DNA of 64,000 bases from Octopus sinensis (Eukaryota): the NCBI RefSeq assembly GCF_006345805.1, contig NC_042998.1, positions 56,668,001 through 56,732,000 of the forward strand. The letters run 5' to 3'. Numbering within the stretch: position 1 is the stretch's first letter; each line of letters begins with the position of its first letter. A program made the translations under genes and the position numbers. Shown in pieces: positions 51,943-64,000 of the stretch. Under the pieces are notes generated by a model, which saw only the letters and a list, made by a program, of their open reading frames with translations, was not told where the DNA came from and did not search any database.

Positions 51943-52502
51943 CATATAAGAGGGATGACTACTACGTGGACATCCATTATGCTAGAAGTAGATCTGCTAT
52001 GGTCTTACCACTAAGAAAAGAATGTTCTCAAGAAAATTTAGCAAACGCCAGAACATAAGCACACACACACATATATATATACACACACAACACACACACA
52101 TATATACAGAGTTAGTCAAAAGTAGCGTCCAGTTTCTGGGAACTCTTCCTTTTTTTGTTGTTTTGTAGGTTATTACATTTGATAGTTACTAAATCTGGAT
52201 CATACATCATGTTGTTAATACTCTTTGATATCCCAGTTCGTAAAACAAGAATAAGACTCAAAAGTATTTGCCAATTGGGAAGTTATACATATCAACCCCA
52301 AAACCCCTAGAGCAGGAATTAGGTGCTACATTTGACTCACCTTGTACACACACACACACAGACATACACACACACACATATATATATATATCCATACATA
52401 TATATACAAATATATATACACACACATACATACAAACATATATACCTGCATACATACGTACATACACACATGCATACATACATACATGTATATAATTATA
52501 TA

Positions 52503-53386
52503 CGAGGTCTGATCAATAAGTATCCGGACCGTTACCATAATAACGAGCAAAAGCAAGCAGAGTGTAGCTGCTTAGCGATGATTGACCACGAACGCTGCTG
52601 TCCACGAGCAGTAAGTTTTAACGTTCTAGCTCACTTCCTCTGCTTACGCAGTGCTTGGAAAGAAGGTGTGTAGCGTGTGATCGTCAGATTGACCATGACA
52701 GAGAAAGTTGTCATGGCGATACCTGCTCAGAGGCCTACGCAAAGTTGCAGAAAGTGTATGGAGAGGAGTGTAGGGGCTGGACACAAGTGTACGAGTGGCT
52801 CAGATGTTTCCAAGATGGCCAAAAAAATGTCGATATTGACTAACATTCTGGGAGACCTTCAACTAGGAGAACAGAGAAAACAACGCAGGTGTGTGTGCAG
52901 TTGTGAGGAGAAATCGTCGAATCCTGATCCTTGAGTTATCAGAGGATGTGCAAATTAGTTGAGGTTCAGTTCAGTCCCTCATCACTGAAGATTTGAGTAT
53001 GAGACACATGTCTGCCAAGTTTGTGCCAAAACTGCTTTCAGCTCATCAAAAAGACACCCGGGTTTCAGTAGCATAAGATCTCCTCGCTTGTGTCGGGAAC
53101 GATGAAAACGTGTTGAAAACATTGCGTGGGCCTCAGAGCATGTATCGCCAAGCTTTTGGCTAAATGTAATGCAGATTCTCTGCTCAACTTTCTCTGTCAT
53201 AGTCAATGCTTAGATTACACCTTCTTTCCAACCACTGCTGAAAAAACAGTGGAAGTGAACGAGAACGTTAAAACTCAGTGCGCATGCGTAGCAGAATTCA
53301 AATTGAACCTGTCCCAAGCGACTTCACTGTCCATGGTTTAGCTTCGTTATTATAGCAACAGTCCGGATACTTATTGATCAGACCAT
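52503..53386 (+). mobile_element. Non-autonomous fold-back mariner derivative
   Basis: ~45-bp TIRs (cgaggtctgatcaataagtatccggac...) with TA flanks; the transposase N-terminus (MTEKV..GDTCSEAYAKLQKVYGEE..FVPKLL) is on + and is repeated on -. Confidence 0.85.
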
Positions 53387-53439
53387 GTACACACATATCT
53401 ATATATATGTATATATCTATATGTATATATAAGTGTATG

Positions 53440-53506
<67 letters not shown>

Positions 53507-54126
53507 ATATATAATATATATATATATTATATATATATATGTATATATCTATATGTATATATAAGTGTATGTATATGTATATATATATATATGTTAGTCA
53601 TATGATATAGTGTATATTTAAACACATAGAGAATCCACTTATAGGGATTCTACGCATTAGAAATAACAGCTAAATTCTATGACCACAAAAAAGTGGGATA
53701 AAAATTCGACAGGAATAAATTTGGAAATGAAAAACATTTATCATCTAGTGTCCTAACCAGCGAGTAATGGAGAACTCACAAGGTTTGATTTTCTTCAGCA
53801 GGTCCAACCTAGTGTTAAACATATCCACACGAAGCAAAACAAAGCTACCTGTCTCGTGTTTATACGAACTAACTTTTCAAATTTACTGCGCAGATGCAGT
53901 CCTTCGTTGGCTACAATAAAAAACCGCCAACTTATTAACCGAAAATTATCCAAAAACTAATATATACATATATATATATATATAGACACATATATTTATA
54001 TATACATATATATATATATATAATATATATATATATATATGTATGTATATATGCATATTGTATACATACATATATACGTTATGTGTAAGTATCTATAATT
54101 GAATATATATATTTATATTATATAAT

Positions 54127-54157
<31 letters not shown>

Positions 54158-54629
54158 GTGTGTGCATGAGTAACTTTGGATGTGCGTTTGTGTGTGTGTG
54201 TGCGCGCATGTATATCAATCTGCCAACTTCCATACCGTCTGTCTTTCATAGCTTCGAAGAATTTTCTGGTACCGCCACCTCTCAAGTCTGTCAAATATAA
54301 AACACTAAATTTAGATACAAGCATAAAGAGTTAACCATATATATATTTTCTTGACACTATCAAAAAATGTGTATTTACAGTTGTACGTGTGTGTTTGCAT
54401 AGGTGTATATATATATATAAGTGCGTAAGTGTATGTGACTATGTATGTTTGTGTACATTCTTATATGTGTTACTGTGTATGCTAATTCTTTTTGCGACTT
54501 CTGCTCGAGGCTATAGATAAATATTGTAATTTACACAAATATATGCAACCAAATTTATCAAAAATACACATTCACTTTCATTATTTATTTTTTTCCATTT
54601 TCGTCTGTTCCTTTTTATATAGAGACTGA

Positions 54630-54980
54630 AACACACACACGCACACACAGTGACTCACACACACATAGTGACACACACACAGAGTAACACACACACACAC
54701 ACACACAATGACACACACACACAATGACACACACGCACACAGACATACACACATACACACACACACACACGCGCACACACACACATACAAGCACACACAC
54801 ACACGCGCGCACACACATACAAGCACACACACACACACACATGCGTACACACACAAACGCGCGCGCACACACACACGCGCACACACACACTCTCACACAC
54901 ATACACATACATACATACGCACACGCATACACACACACATACACACACACACACACACACACGCACACTCACACACATCC
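54630..54980. repeat. (CA)n/(CG) microsatellite
   Basis: Seen directly. Confidence 0.95.
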
Positions 54981-57335
54981 TTTAATCATTTCCAATATTA
55001 AGCTCTTGTTTTGTTTCTCATAAAACATGTGTAAGCGGAATGATTATGGGAACAATTTTGCTATATTTCTAAGTTATCCTTTAGGCACCAGAAAATGTTT
55101 CAATTTACCAACTTTCCAATCGTTTCTAACGAACTCCAAATATATCAGAATCTTTTGTCTGTATCTGTTTACTTGTGTACTCCCCTGTGCATGTGAGCGC
55201 GTGTATCTATATGCACATGTGTGCACATGTGTGCATATGTGTATTCCTGTGTGAATGAGTTAATGTGTATTTGTTCTATTTTTTAGTGTTTATTGTTTTG
55301 GTCTCCGCAATAAAGACGATATTTAATTATAATGACGCTGCTCTGATACCATTTCAACACTGTACTAGAAGAGATATTGATCATAGGCTAATGGACAGAG
55401 CCTCAATGTGATCGCACGACATACCAAAAAGATCGGCTAGATCTTTTCTCATGTCATAGAGTACTTGCTTAATGGGAAAACATTGGATAAAGTTGTACGG
55501 AGTATTCTCTCGCTGGACAAAATTATAAAACAACAGCGGACAATTCGCCTGCCTTATGAAAATATATAAAAAAAAAACAAACAAAAAAAGAAACAAAAAA
55601 CCCCCCGACGAGACGGTTATTACTTGGATATCCTCGATTATGGCTCTATTCGATCAGGTTTGACAACATCTTTGTCCTCATTTATGCATTGAAATCCAAG
55701 CACGAATCATGGAATCTGCTCTTTCATTGATCATAGTTATTCTTATTCTATCAATCATGTTTTCTCACTGTCCATGTATAAAACAAAATCCCAATGAAAC
55801 TGCACTTATGAGATATACTAATCTATATTGAAGAAACATAATAAATACTATAATAAAGAATATATTATAAACAGATCTACTATATTACTCTTAGGAAATT
55901 AATATCATTAATACAATATTGTACATTAAATATTAATATATAAATAACGAGAACATTTATTTAATTTTAACAGACACAAGAACGAAACAGCTGGCAAAAT
56001 AGGAGAGGTACAGTAACTGTAAGAGTATGATAAATAGCTTAAAATTCGTTACAAACTTTCCAAGTGTATCTTTTGCATGGAGATTCTATAGTTAAGTGTA
56101 GGCTACAATACTGAAATGGTGCATTGTGAATAATTTTTCACTGACTGAAATTTTAACTTAAGTGAAAAGAAAAGTAATTGGCGTTAATGAAAACTATGTT
56201 CAGAAGAGACAAGGGAAGGAACAGCCGAAATTTCAACCACTCAAACATTAAATGGATATATGCAGAATATGAGCGGTAGGCTGAAGTCTTGCGGTTTAGA
56301 AATTCGATTCACAGCCATATATTTTCAGAGTTGCTTCCCAGTGTGGAACATTGGTTGTGTTCCTGTTTAACCTCGAGTCGACCGAAATCGTATGGATATA
56401 AACGACATTGAAACCCCTTAGGTGGATTATTTATATTATTTGGTGCCAGATAAATTCTAATCGAGCTAACGTATGATGCAGTAACGAACCTTTCCGTCAT
56501 TTTTTTTACAGACATACTGTTTCATGGACTATATTATCTTAGAAATAATAATAATACCAGTCAACTACTGAGGTATTATAAAATCGATTACAATCCACTT
56601 CTTGGAGTCTGTGGTTATGTGTTAGTGTGGGAACGTCCCACCTGTCTGTTGTTTTTGTTTAGCTTCAAGATCCTAATCATACATACCCACACGATCAAAG
56701 ACATTCCAATCGCGGCCATCCGGTCATTGTAGCAGGTTGTAATTTTATATTACTTAATGTGTTCTCTCCTTATTTTTTAGTGTTGTTGGTTAACCCTAGG
56801 TTGTTGGTTAACCCTAGGTCGGACCTGATTAAGCAAACTTATAATTATACATTCCGACCATGACCACCCAATCTTACTCAAATAGTTTATTCAAGAGAAC
56901 ATTATCCAATAAGCCTTTCCTTTTTTTTAAAACGTTTGCGAGGGATTTGAATGGAGTTTGGCAGCTATTTCTACTATGTTGAGGGAACACGTAAACTCCG
57001 ACATGTTTGCCCCCCCCCTTCATTATTTACGATAATAGAATATGATTTAATGTGATTTAATTATTTCTAGCTGGTTGAGTAACTATGTAGGAGGTGTTTC
57101 GTATGCTAGATTATTATTATAAAAATGGAAAGCTGAGACTGACTGAAACAATTAAGTGTGGTATTTAGTTTTGATTCTTTCGATTCTTGGTTCATACCGA
57201 TGTCAAACCGCCTTACATTTCACTGGGGTCAATAAAATAAGTACTAGTGATATAATGAAGTAAGAAGGTTTAATTAAAAATGTTCTTTCTCCATAAATAT
57301 GTTTTGCGCAATAAATATATTTTTAATGTATTAAG

Positions 57336-57480
57336 AGGGCGAGCTGGCAGAAGCGTTAGCACGCCGGGCAAAATGCTTAGCGATATTTCGATCGTCGTTA
57401 CGTTCTGAGTTCAAACTCTGCCGAGGTCGACTTGACCTTTCATCCTTTTAGGGTCGATAAAATAAGTACTAGTCGATGTC
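57336..57480 (+). mobile_element. SINE family A
   Basis: Head plus core match. Confidence 0.8.
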
Positions 57481-57955
57481 AAAATCTGCTGGCATTATGC
57501 CAACGTATTATGATATAATACCAATGTATTGGTAATATATAAAGATATAATACCAATATATTAAGATAATTAATGAAAACAGGGTTGGCATGTAAAAATA
57601 TATGCACATGCAGCTGTATTTATGTATATGTAAGGGTTGGTGTCAGGTCGTTCTGATATAAAACTGGATATGCAGGGAATGGCATTGGGCATTTTGAGGA
57701 TCATTTGCTTGTACTTGAGATCATGGCACTTCTTACATTCCTGAGCCTATGATCCATGTTGGCATTAGATATGCTCCGGTTTGTCCCTGGATCATCTCAG
57801 TAGGATGGAAAGAGTCAGTGAGGCATTGTGCAAGCATTATTAAACCTAAAATTCTGCACAAGCATTGTCGACATTTTACATGACTATTACTGCGTGAGTG
57901 CATAATGTTCTTAATGCTTAGTGATGATTTTCGGTCACGAGTGGACAACTATCAC

Positions 57956-57990
<35 letters not shown>

Positions 57991-57997
57991 TATATAT

Positions 57998-58830
57998 GCA
58001 ATACCCAATGAATACACTGGACCCGGAGGGATTGCAATCCCAGAGGCACAATCAGTGCGTGACCTGGGTATTCACATGAGTGATGACGCGACCTTTCATG
58101 TACATGTTGCTAAACTGGCAATGAAATGTAGACGGCTGGCCGGATGGATTCTTAGAACCTTTAGAACAAGAGAACAAGAAACCATGATGGTCCTCTGGAA
58201 GACACTTGTCCTAAGCCACTTTGACTATTGCTCTCAGCTATGGTCACCATCCAGTGTCAAGTTGATCACAGAACTTGAGGCGATCCAACGAAGCTACACG
58301 AAGATAGCCTTTGTGCAGCATATAAGCTACTGGGAAAGACTCAAGAGATTAAAACTCTATTCCTTGGAGCGTAGGCGAGAAAGATATGCCATAATATATA
58401 TCTGGAAGATCCTGGAAGGACTTGTCCCAAACTTTGGCATCGAGAGTCACACAAATGCCAGAACTGGGCGCCACTGCGTGGTACCAAGGACTCCAAATTT
58501 GCCATCAAGATGTAGGACAAGATACTGTGATAGCCTGGGCTTCAGAGGCCCACAGCTCTTCAATGTCCTCCCGAAGAACCTGAGGGACCTGCATGGTGTA
58601 GATGCGGATGTCTTTAAAGTAGGACTGGATCTCTTCCTGTCAGGTGTCCCGGATGAACCAACTTCACGGCAGGAGGTGCAGATGAGGGCAGCTGCATCGA
58701 ACTCTCTCATGCACCAAATGGCAGTTGCTAAAAAGCATTCGTGAGGTAAAATCATGTAGCAAACCAAATGGTGGTGCCCCAGCATGGCCACAGCTCATGA
58801 GCTGAAACTGGAAAAATCAAAATCAAAATC
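57998..58830 (+). mobile_element. 5'-truncated CR1-like LINE 3' end (second subfamily)
   Basis: VRDLGI..GWILRTFRTRE..DYCSQLWSP..SLERRRERY..IWKILEGLVPN..GPQLFNVLP; (aaaatc)n tail. Confidence 0.92.
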
Positions 58831-58893
<63 letters not shown>

Positions 58894-60659
58894 ATATATT
58901 ATATATATATATGTATATATATATATATGGTGATATATACATATATATATTATAAATGGATCTACAAATTCAATATCCCTACATATTTCACATCTATTTT
59001 CTTTCCTCCACCTCACTCTCTATTTTGTATCCCATCTAAATTAATTATTACTTAACGATCCTCTCACACCGTATCCGATGAAGGGGTATAATTAATAAAT
59101 ATCATGGAAACAGCTGTAAGACCTTTTGTCAATAAATGTTCTAATATCTACATAGACTTGTTTTTTTTTATCTCATTACGCAAAAAATTATTATATATAT
59201 ATATATATACAGTGTGTGTGTGTATGTGTGTGTGTGTGTGTTTGTTTGTGAGTGTGTGTACGTGCGTACGGGTGTTGATGAATGTATTATGGTTCGTGCA
59301 TGAGTATACTTATTCTTGTATTTGTGTACATCTATATGTAATTAGTTATATGTATGTATGAACGTATGCATTGTGCGTGTACACACACACACACGCACAT
59401 ATATCTATATACATGTGTGTGTGTGTGTATTTTTGTTATGTGTATGCGTGTATCTATTTGTACGTAAAGACTATTTGCCAACATAATGTGACTGTCCTGA
59501 ACGGTACAATTGTTACTATTGTTTAGCCCTAGGAAGCATAATTTCCAGCTGGCTATACGACATAATATCTGTGTCCTTATATTTTCGACCTCCGTCCAGC
59601 ACAAAGCAACATCTGTGGACGGTTTCTGGGTTATTGCTCCTTATCAGCACAGAGTAGCTACTTGGGCTAGGTTGGCAAATAGCCTTTACTTTAAAGAACT
59701 GTTTCTGAATATCTCTCTTTGAGGGATTTAGAAATAATAATGTTTCTATTTATTAGATCAGTGACTGTGTGTCACTTTGAAAATTATATATTTCCAAACG
59801 GGAATTCAGCAACACCATCTAGCCAAGCTACTCTGTGCTGATAAAGGGCAATAACACAGAAACCGGTCCACAGATGTTGCTTTGTTCTGGATGGGGGCGC
59901 TGGGCTCCCTGTTTGAAAATATAAGGACATAGTATTGTGTCGTATCGCCAGCTGGAAAGGATGTTTCCTGGGGTTAAACAACAGTAACAATCGTCACATC
60001 CAGGACAGCCACATTATGTTGGCAAATATTCTTTCCCTTAAAGAACTGTTACTGAATATCTCTCTTTGAGAGATTTAGAAAAAATAATGTTTCTATTTAT
60101 TTTGGATGTATTTAGTGTGAAACTTCCATGAAATACCATGCGTTCAATGCGCAAGGATGCAATAAACCTCATGGTGTTTGCTTCAACATAGCCACAGCCG
60201 GACGGCTGGAACCAACAGAGCAATACAACAGTACACAAGTACACGAGTAAACACTGAACTGTGGAGTCTCCCTTGAAAACGCCATCATCCTGGAGTGTTT
60301 CCAAACAAAGTGAATCTCGTGAAGCCAATCCCTTGCCAAGACATTGACAGCTGTACAAGTGAGCTGACGTGACCCCTAAATAGGAATGTAGTCAAGTTGA
60401 TTGGCTCTAATCCCTAGGGGCAACCCTACCTTCAACGGCGCTCACAGTATTTGTATTTATGTCTGTATATTTATATAATGCGTTGGACAAACTACATTGG
60501 AACTATTTTGTTTCGGCTGCTGGGCTGTGAGTTCGATTCCTGTCGGCATGGATCCTTTTTTTAATGAGTTTTGAAATGTAATTAGCAACGTGATTACTCG
60601 TAAACAATCAATGACATAGTCTGAGTACCGTCAATAGCTGTGTGTGTGTGTGTGTGTGT

Positions 60660-60695
<36 letters not shown>

Positions 60696-60751
60696 TGTAG
60701 ACTTTTTCAGTTTCCGTCTGCCAAATCCATGTATGTATGTATGTATGTATG

Positions 60752-60784
<33 letters not shown>

Positions 60785-60906
60785 GCATGTTTTAACGGTT
60801 GAACTGCTATGCATATAGATGTATATACGCGTCTTAGGCGTAGCCTATTTTTCTATTCTAAGGGTTTTTAACCAAATATTTACACGCTAATATTTATAGC
60901 CTTATC

Positions 60907-61110
60907 TAAGGCAGCAATCGGGCAGAATAGTTAATGAGTCGGACAAAATGTTTAGTAGCATTTCTTCCGTCTTTATGCCCGGAGTTCAAATACCACGGTG
61001 GTCGACTTTGTCTTTCATTCGATAAAATAATTACCGGTTGAGCACTGGGCTCAACGTAATTGACTAATCCATCTCCTCCCAAATTGCAGTCCTTGTGCTA
61101 AAATCTGAAA
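60907..61110 (+). mobile_element. SINE family A (decayed)
   Basis: Recognisable head and gtcgactttgtctttcat core. Confidence 0.65.
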
Positions 61111-61202
61111 CCAATATTTGTAGTTATAATTACTTTGAGTCCAAACCGTTAAAAACGTATTATTTCACGTTTTCTCGGAGTTTCTAAATTCTTAAGATGT
61201 TT

Positions 61203-61302
61203 NNNNNNNNNNNNNNNNNNNNNNNNNNNNNNNNNNNNNNNNNNNNNNNNNNNNNNNNNNNNNNNNNNNNNNNNNNNNNNNNNNNNNNNNNNNNNNNNNN
61301 NN
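61203..61302. other. Assembly gap (100 N)
   Basis: Seen directly. Confidence 1.
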
Positions 61303-61315
61303 ATTATTATTATTA

Positions 61316-61353
<38 letters not shown>

Positions 61354-61514
61354 TATTATTATTATCATCATCATATCATCATTATTATTATCATTATATT
61401 ATTATTATTATTATTATTATTACTATTATTATTATTATTAGTAGTAGTATTAGTAATAGTAGCGTTAGTAGTAGTGGTAGTACTGGTCGTATTAGAGTTA
61501 TATATATATATATA

Positions 61515-61630
61515 TATATTTCTTTATTGCTCACAAGGTGCTAAACATAGAGAGGACAAACAAAGACAGACAAAGGGATTAAGTCGATTGCATCGACTCC
61601 AGTGCGTAACTGGTACTTATTTTATCGACA
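61515..61630 (-). mobile_element. SINE family A 3' portion
   Basis: Matches the tail of 42318-42430. Confidence 0.75.
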
Positions 61631-63410
61631 GGAGATAAGGGAACCCGGTCACTTAGGCAATAATATATATTTTATAATTTAAAAATTGAGATGTTCCAGA
61701 TCTGTCAGTTTATAATATACGCACTTACATGCATCCATATACATAATTACGACTGTAGTATATATATTTGCCATTGTGTATATATGTATATTCAAGTGCG
61801 CGAGCACGTACACATATACACAACACAGAAACATATGTATAATATTCACGCATACACGTACATAGACACGCGTACATATTGATAGATATAGATTGATAGT
61901 TGGATAAACAGAGAAACATATGCTATTACAACTGCTGTGAATCCACTGGTTCTGTGTGTACATAGTATTAAATTTGTACCAACCTGTTTTTAATGCAGTG
62001 AAATCTTAGTACACTGGAGTTATCCTTGAACGATATGTCAACCTCAACTGCACACACAAATAGAACATGAAATACTAAAATAATATATTTTCGAGTTGGA
62101 GAAAATATTGTCTATGATTTCTGAAAATAATATGACGGTAATAATAAAAGTATCTTATTTAAGGTTGTAGTGTTTGAAATGATATATTAAAAAAATATTT
62201 AACATTTAATAATTTTAATTGTTTAACAAAAAAATTTTTTATAAATTAGTCAGTGGGAAGGAAATTGTCCATGACCTCTGTAGGCTGTCACAGGCTGGTG
62301 ATATTGATGTAGCTGGTGCCTACCCTGAACATCTGTAAGGAAAGCGTTGGTGGTGAGAGAACCAGGGTTTTGAGCTGAAAGCATGTAATAAAGGGAGCTA
62401 CATTATAAGCAAAGACCAAGTGTTAGTCTTAAACAGAGCGCTGTGTTAGGTCTACCACCCAAGAATCCAAGAACCAGGTGGTATTGCTAAACAAGGCACT
62501 GTGTTAGGTCTACCCCACCGGGTACTCGGGAATAAGGTGTGTGTGTGTGTGTTGGGTGAAAATTGGATGCTGTGTTACACCAACCACTCGAGGCACTCAA
62601 GCACCCGATGGTGATATTAGACGGACATGTATGCATGTTCAAGGCTCTCAAGGACCTGGTGGTGGGGATAAACAGGCCACTGTGTTACCCAGGGAACTCG
62701 GAAACGAGTTAGTGGTGTTTCACTTGGCGCTGTGTTCATAAACCACTCAAGGTGCTTAAGAACCTGGTGGAGAAGTTAAACCAAGCTCCTCGTTAGATTT
62801 ATCACTTGTGATACCCAAGAAGCAGATATTAGAGTTAAACCGGATGGCATAATACAAATGCCACATTTACCGTTCGTAATGTGAATTAAAGTATTCATAT
62901 ATTAATTTATTCTTTTGCTTATTGAACCCAGAGGAAGGGACAGTGCTCTAGGTCTTCATACCCACCACCGAAGATTGATGCCCTTAATAGTCTGCACAAA
63001 CCGTTGCAAGCTGAAACCTGCAGAAAAGTCAGGAACAAAGAGGAGTTTCCAGGGGAACATTTTCTGGGTCGGTAGGGCTGTGCGTAGAGTTTGTGCAGCT
63101 GGAAGGGAGTTGGATATAGCATGAGTAAAACCTGGATTAATAAGGGGAAGTGCATAAGGGGAAGTAGCATGACAGCAGCTAGCTAGGACGAACAGGGTCC
63201 ATTTAGTAGTCGTAGAAAATTTAGAGAAGGTAGTCAGATTTGCCTCAAATAATTTAGAGACACATCTCGGAAGCTGAGTGGCATGAGGTTTTATGTTCTT
63301 CATATTTACGCGAAAAAACAGAACAATGTATACATACATTAAAGTATTCATATATTAAAGTATTCATAAAGTATTCAGCCTTGAATATGCATACATGTCC
63401 GTCTAATATC

Positions 63411-63825
63411 AGGCGCAGGAGTGGCTGTGTGGTAAGTAGCTTGCTAACCAAACACATGGTTCCGGGTTCAGTCCTACTGCGTGGCATCTTGGGCAAGTGT
63501 CTTCTGCTATAGCCCCGGGCCGACCAATGCCTTCTGAGTGGGATTTGGTAGACGGAAACTGAAAGAAGCCGTCATATATATGTATATATATGTATATATG
63601 TGTATGTGTGTGTTGTGTGTGTGTGTGTGTTTGTCCCCCTAGCATTGCTTGACAACCGATGTGGTGTGTTTCGTCCGTCACTTAGCGGTTCGGCAAAAGA
63701 GAGCGATAGAATAAGTACTGGGCTTACAAAGAATAAGTCCGGGGTCGATTTGCTCGACTAAAGGCGGTTGCTCCAGCATGGCCCTGCAGTCAAATGACTG
63801 AAACAAGTAAAAGAGTAAAAGAGTA
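63411..63825 (+). mobile_element. Full-length CORE-like tRNA SINE (probably OR2-related)
   Basis: tRNA-like head, cttgggcaagtgtctt core, central (TA)/(TG) microsatellite, aaaagagt repeat tail. Confidence 0.88.
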
Positions 63826-64000
63826 TACATTACGTACGCGTACATACATACATAATACATGTATGTATGTATGTATGATGTATGTATGTATGTATGTATA
63901 TAGATATGTATGTATATATATATGTATGTATATGCGGATATCTATATTATATAAACTGTTATGTTACAAAGATACACATTTACAACTACATATTTTGGTA

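Overview
Eukaryotic, repeat-saturated genomic DNA. It most likely comes from a coleoid cephalopod (Octopus); this is inferred from the SINE families and the extreme microsatellite density, not from a database search. No host protein-coding gene can be called with confidence. Most of the supplied ORFs are translations of microsatellites or antisense shadows of retroelement ORFs. The window contains: a near full-length R4/Dong-clade restriction-like-endonuclease (RLE) LINE plus truncated copies, nested in (TAA)n; a second RLE LINE family associated with (ATAC)n; CR1-like and RTE LINE pieces; many tRNA-derived SINEs; Tc1/mariner relics (DD37D, DD34D, one fold-back); a Merlin/IS1016-like relic; a Helitron-type MITE; and Penelope-type minimal hammerhead motifs. 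There is a 100-N assembly gap at 61203-61302. The best candidate for an under-described system is a set of microsatellite-targeting retroelements. It comprises an autonomous (TAA)n-specific Dong, a ~540-bp non-coding element found in or next to TAA/TTA tracts, and an (ATAC)n-associated RLE LINE. Candidate host exons are listed only as low-confidence findings.
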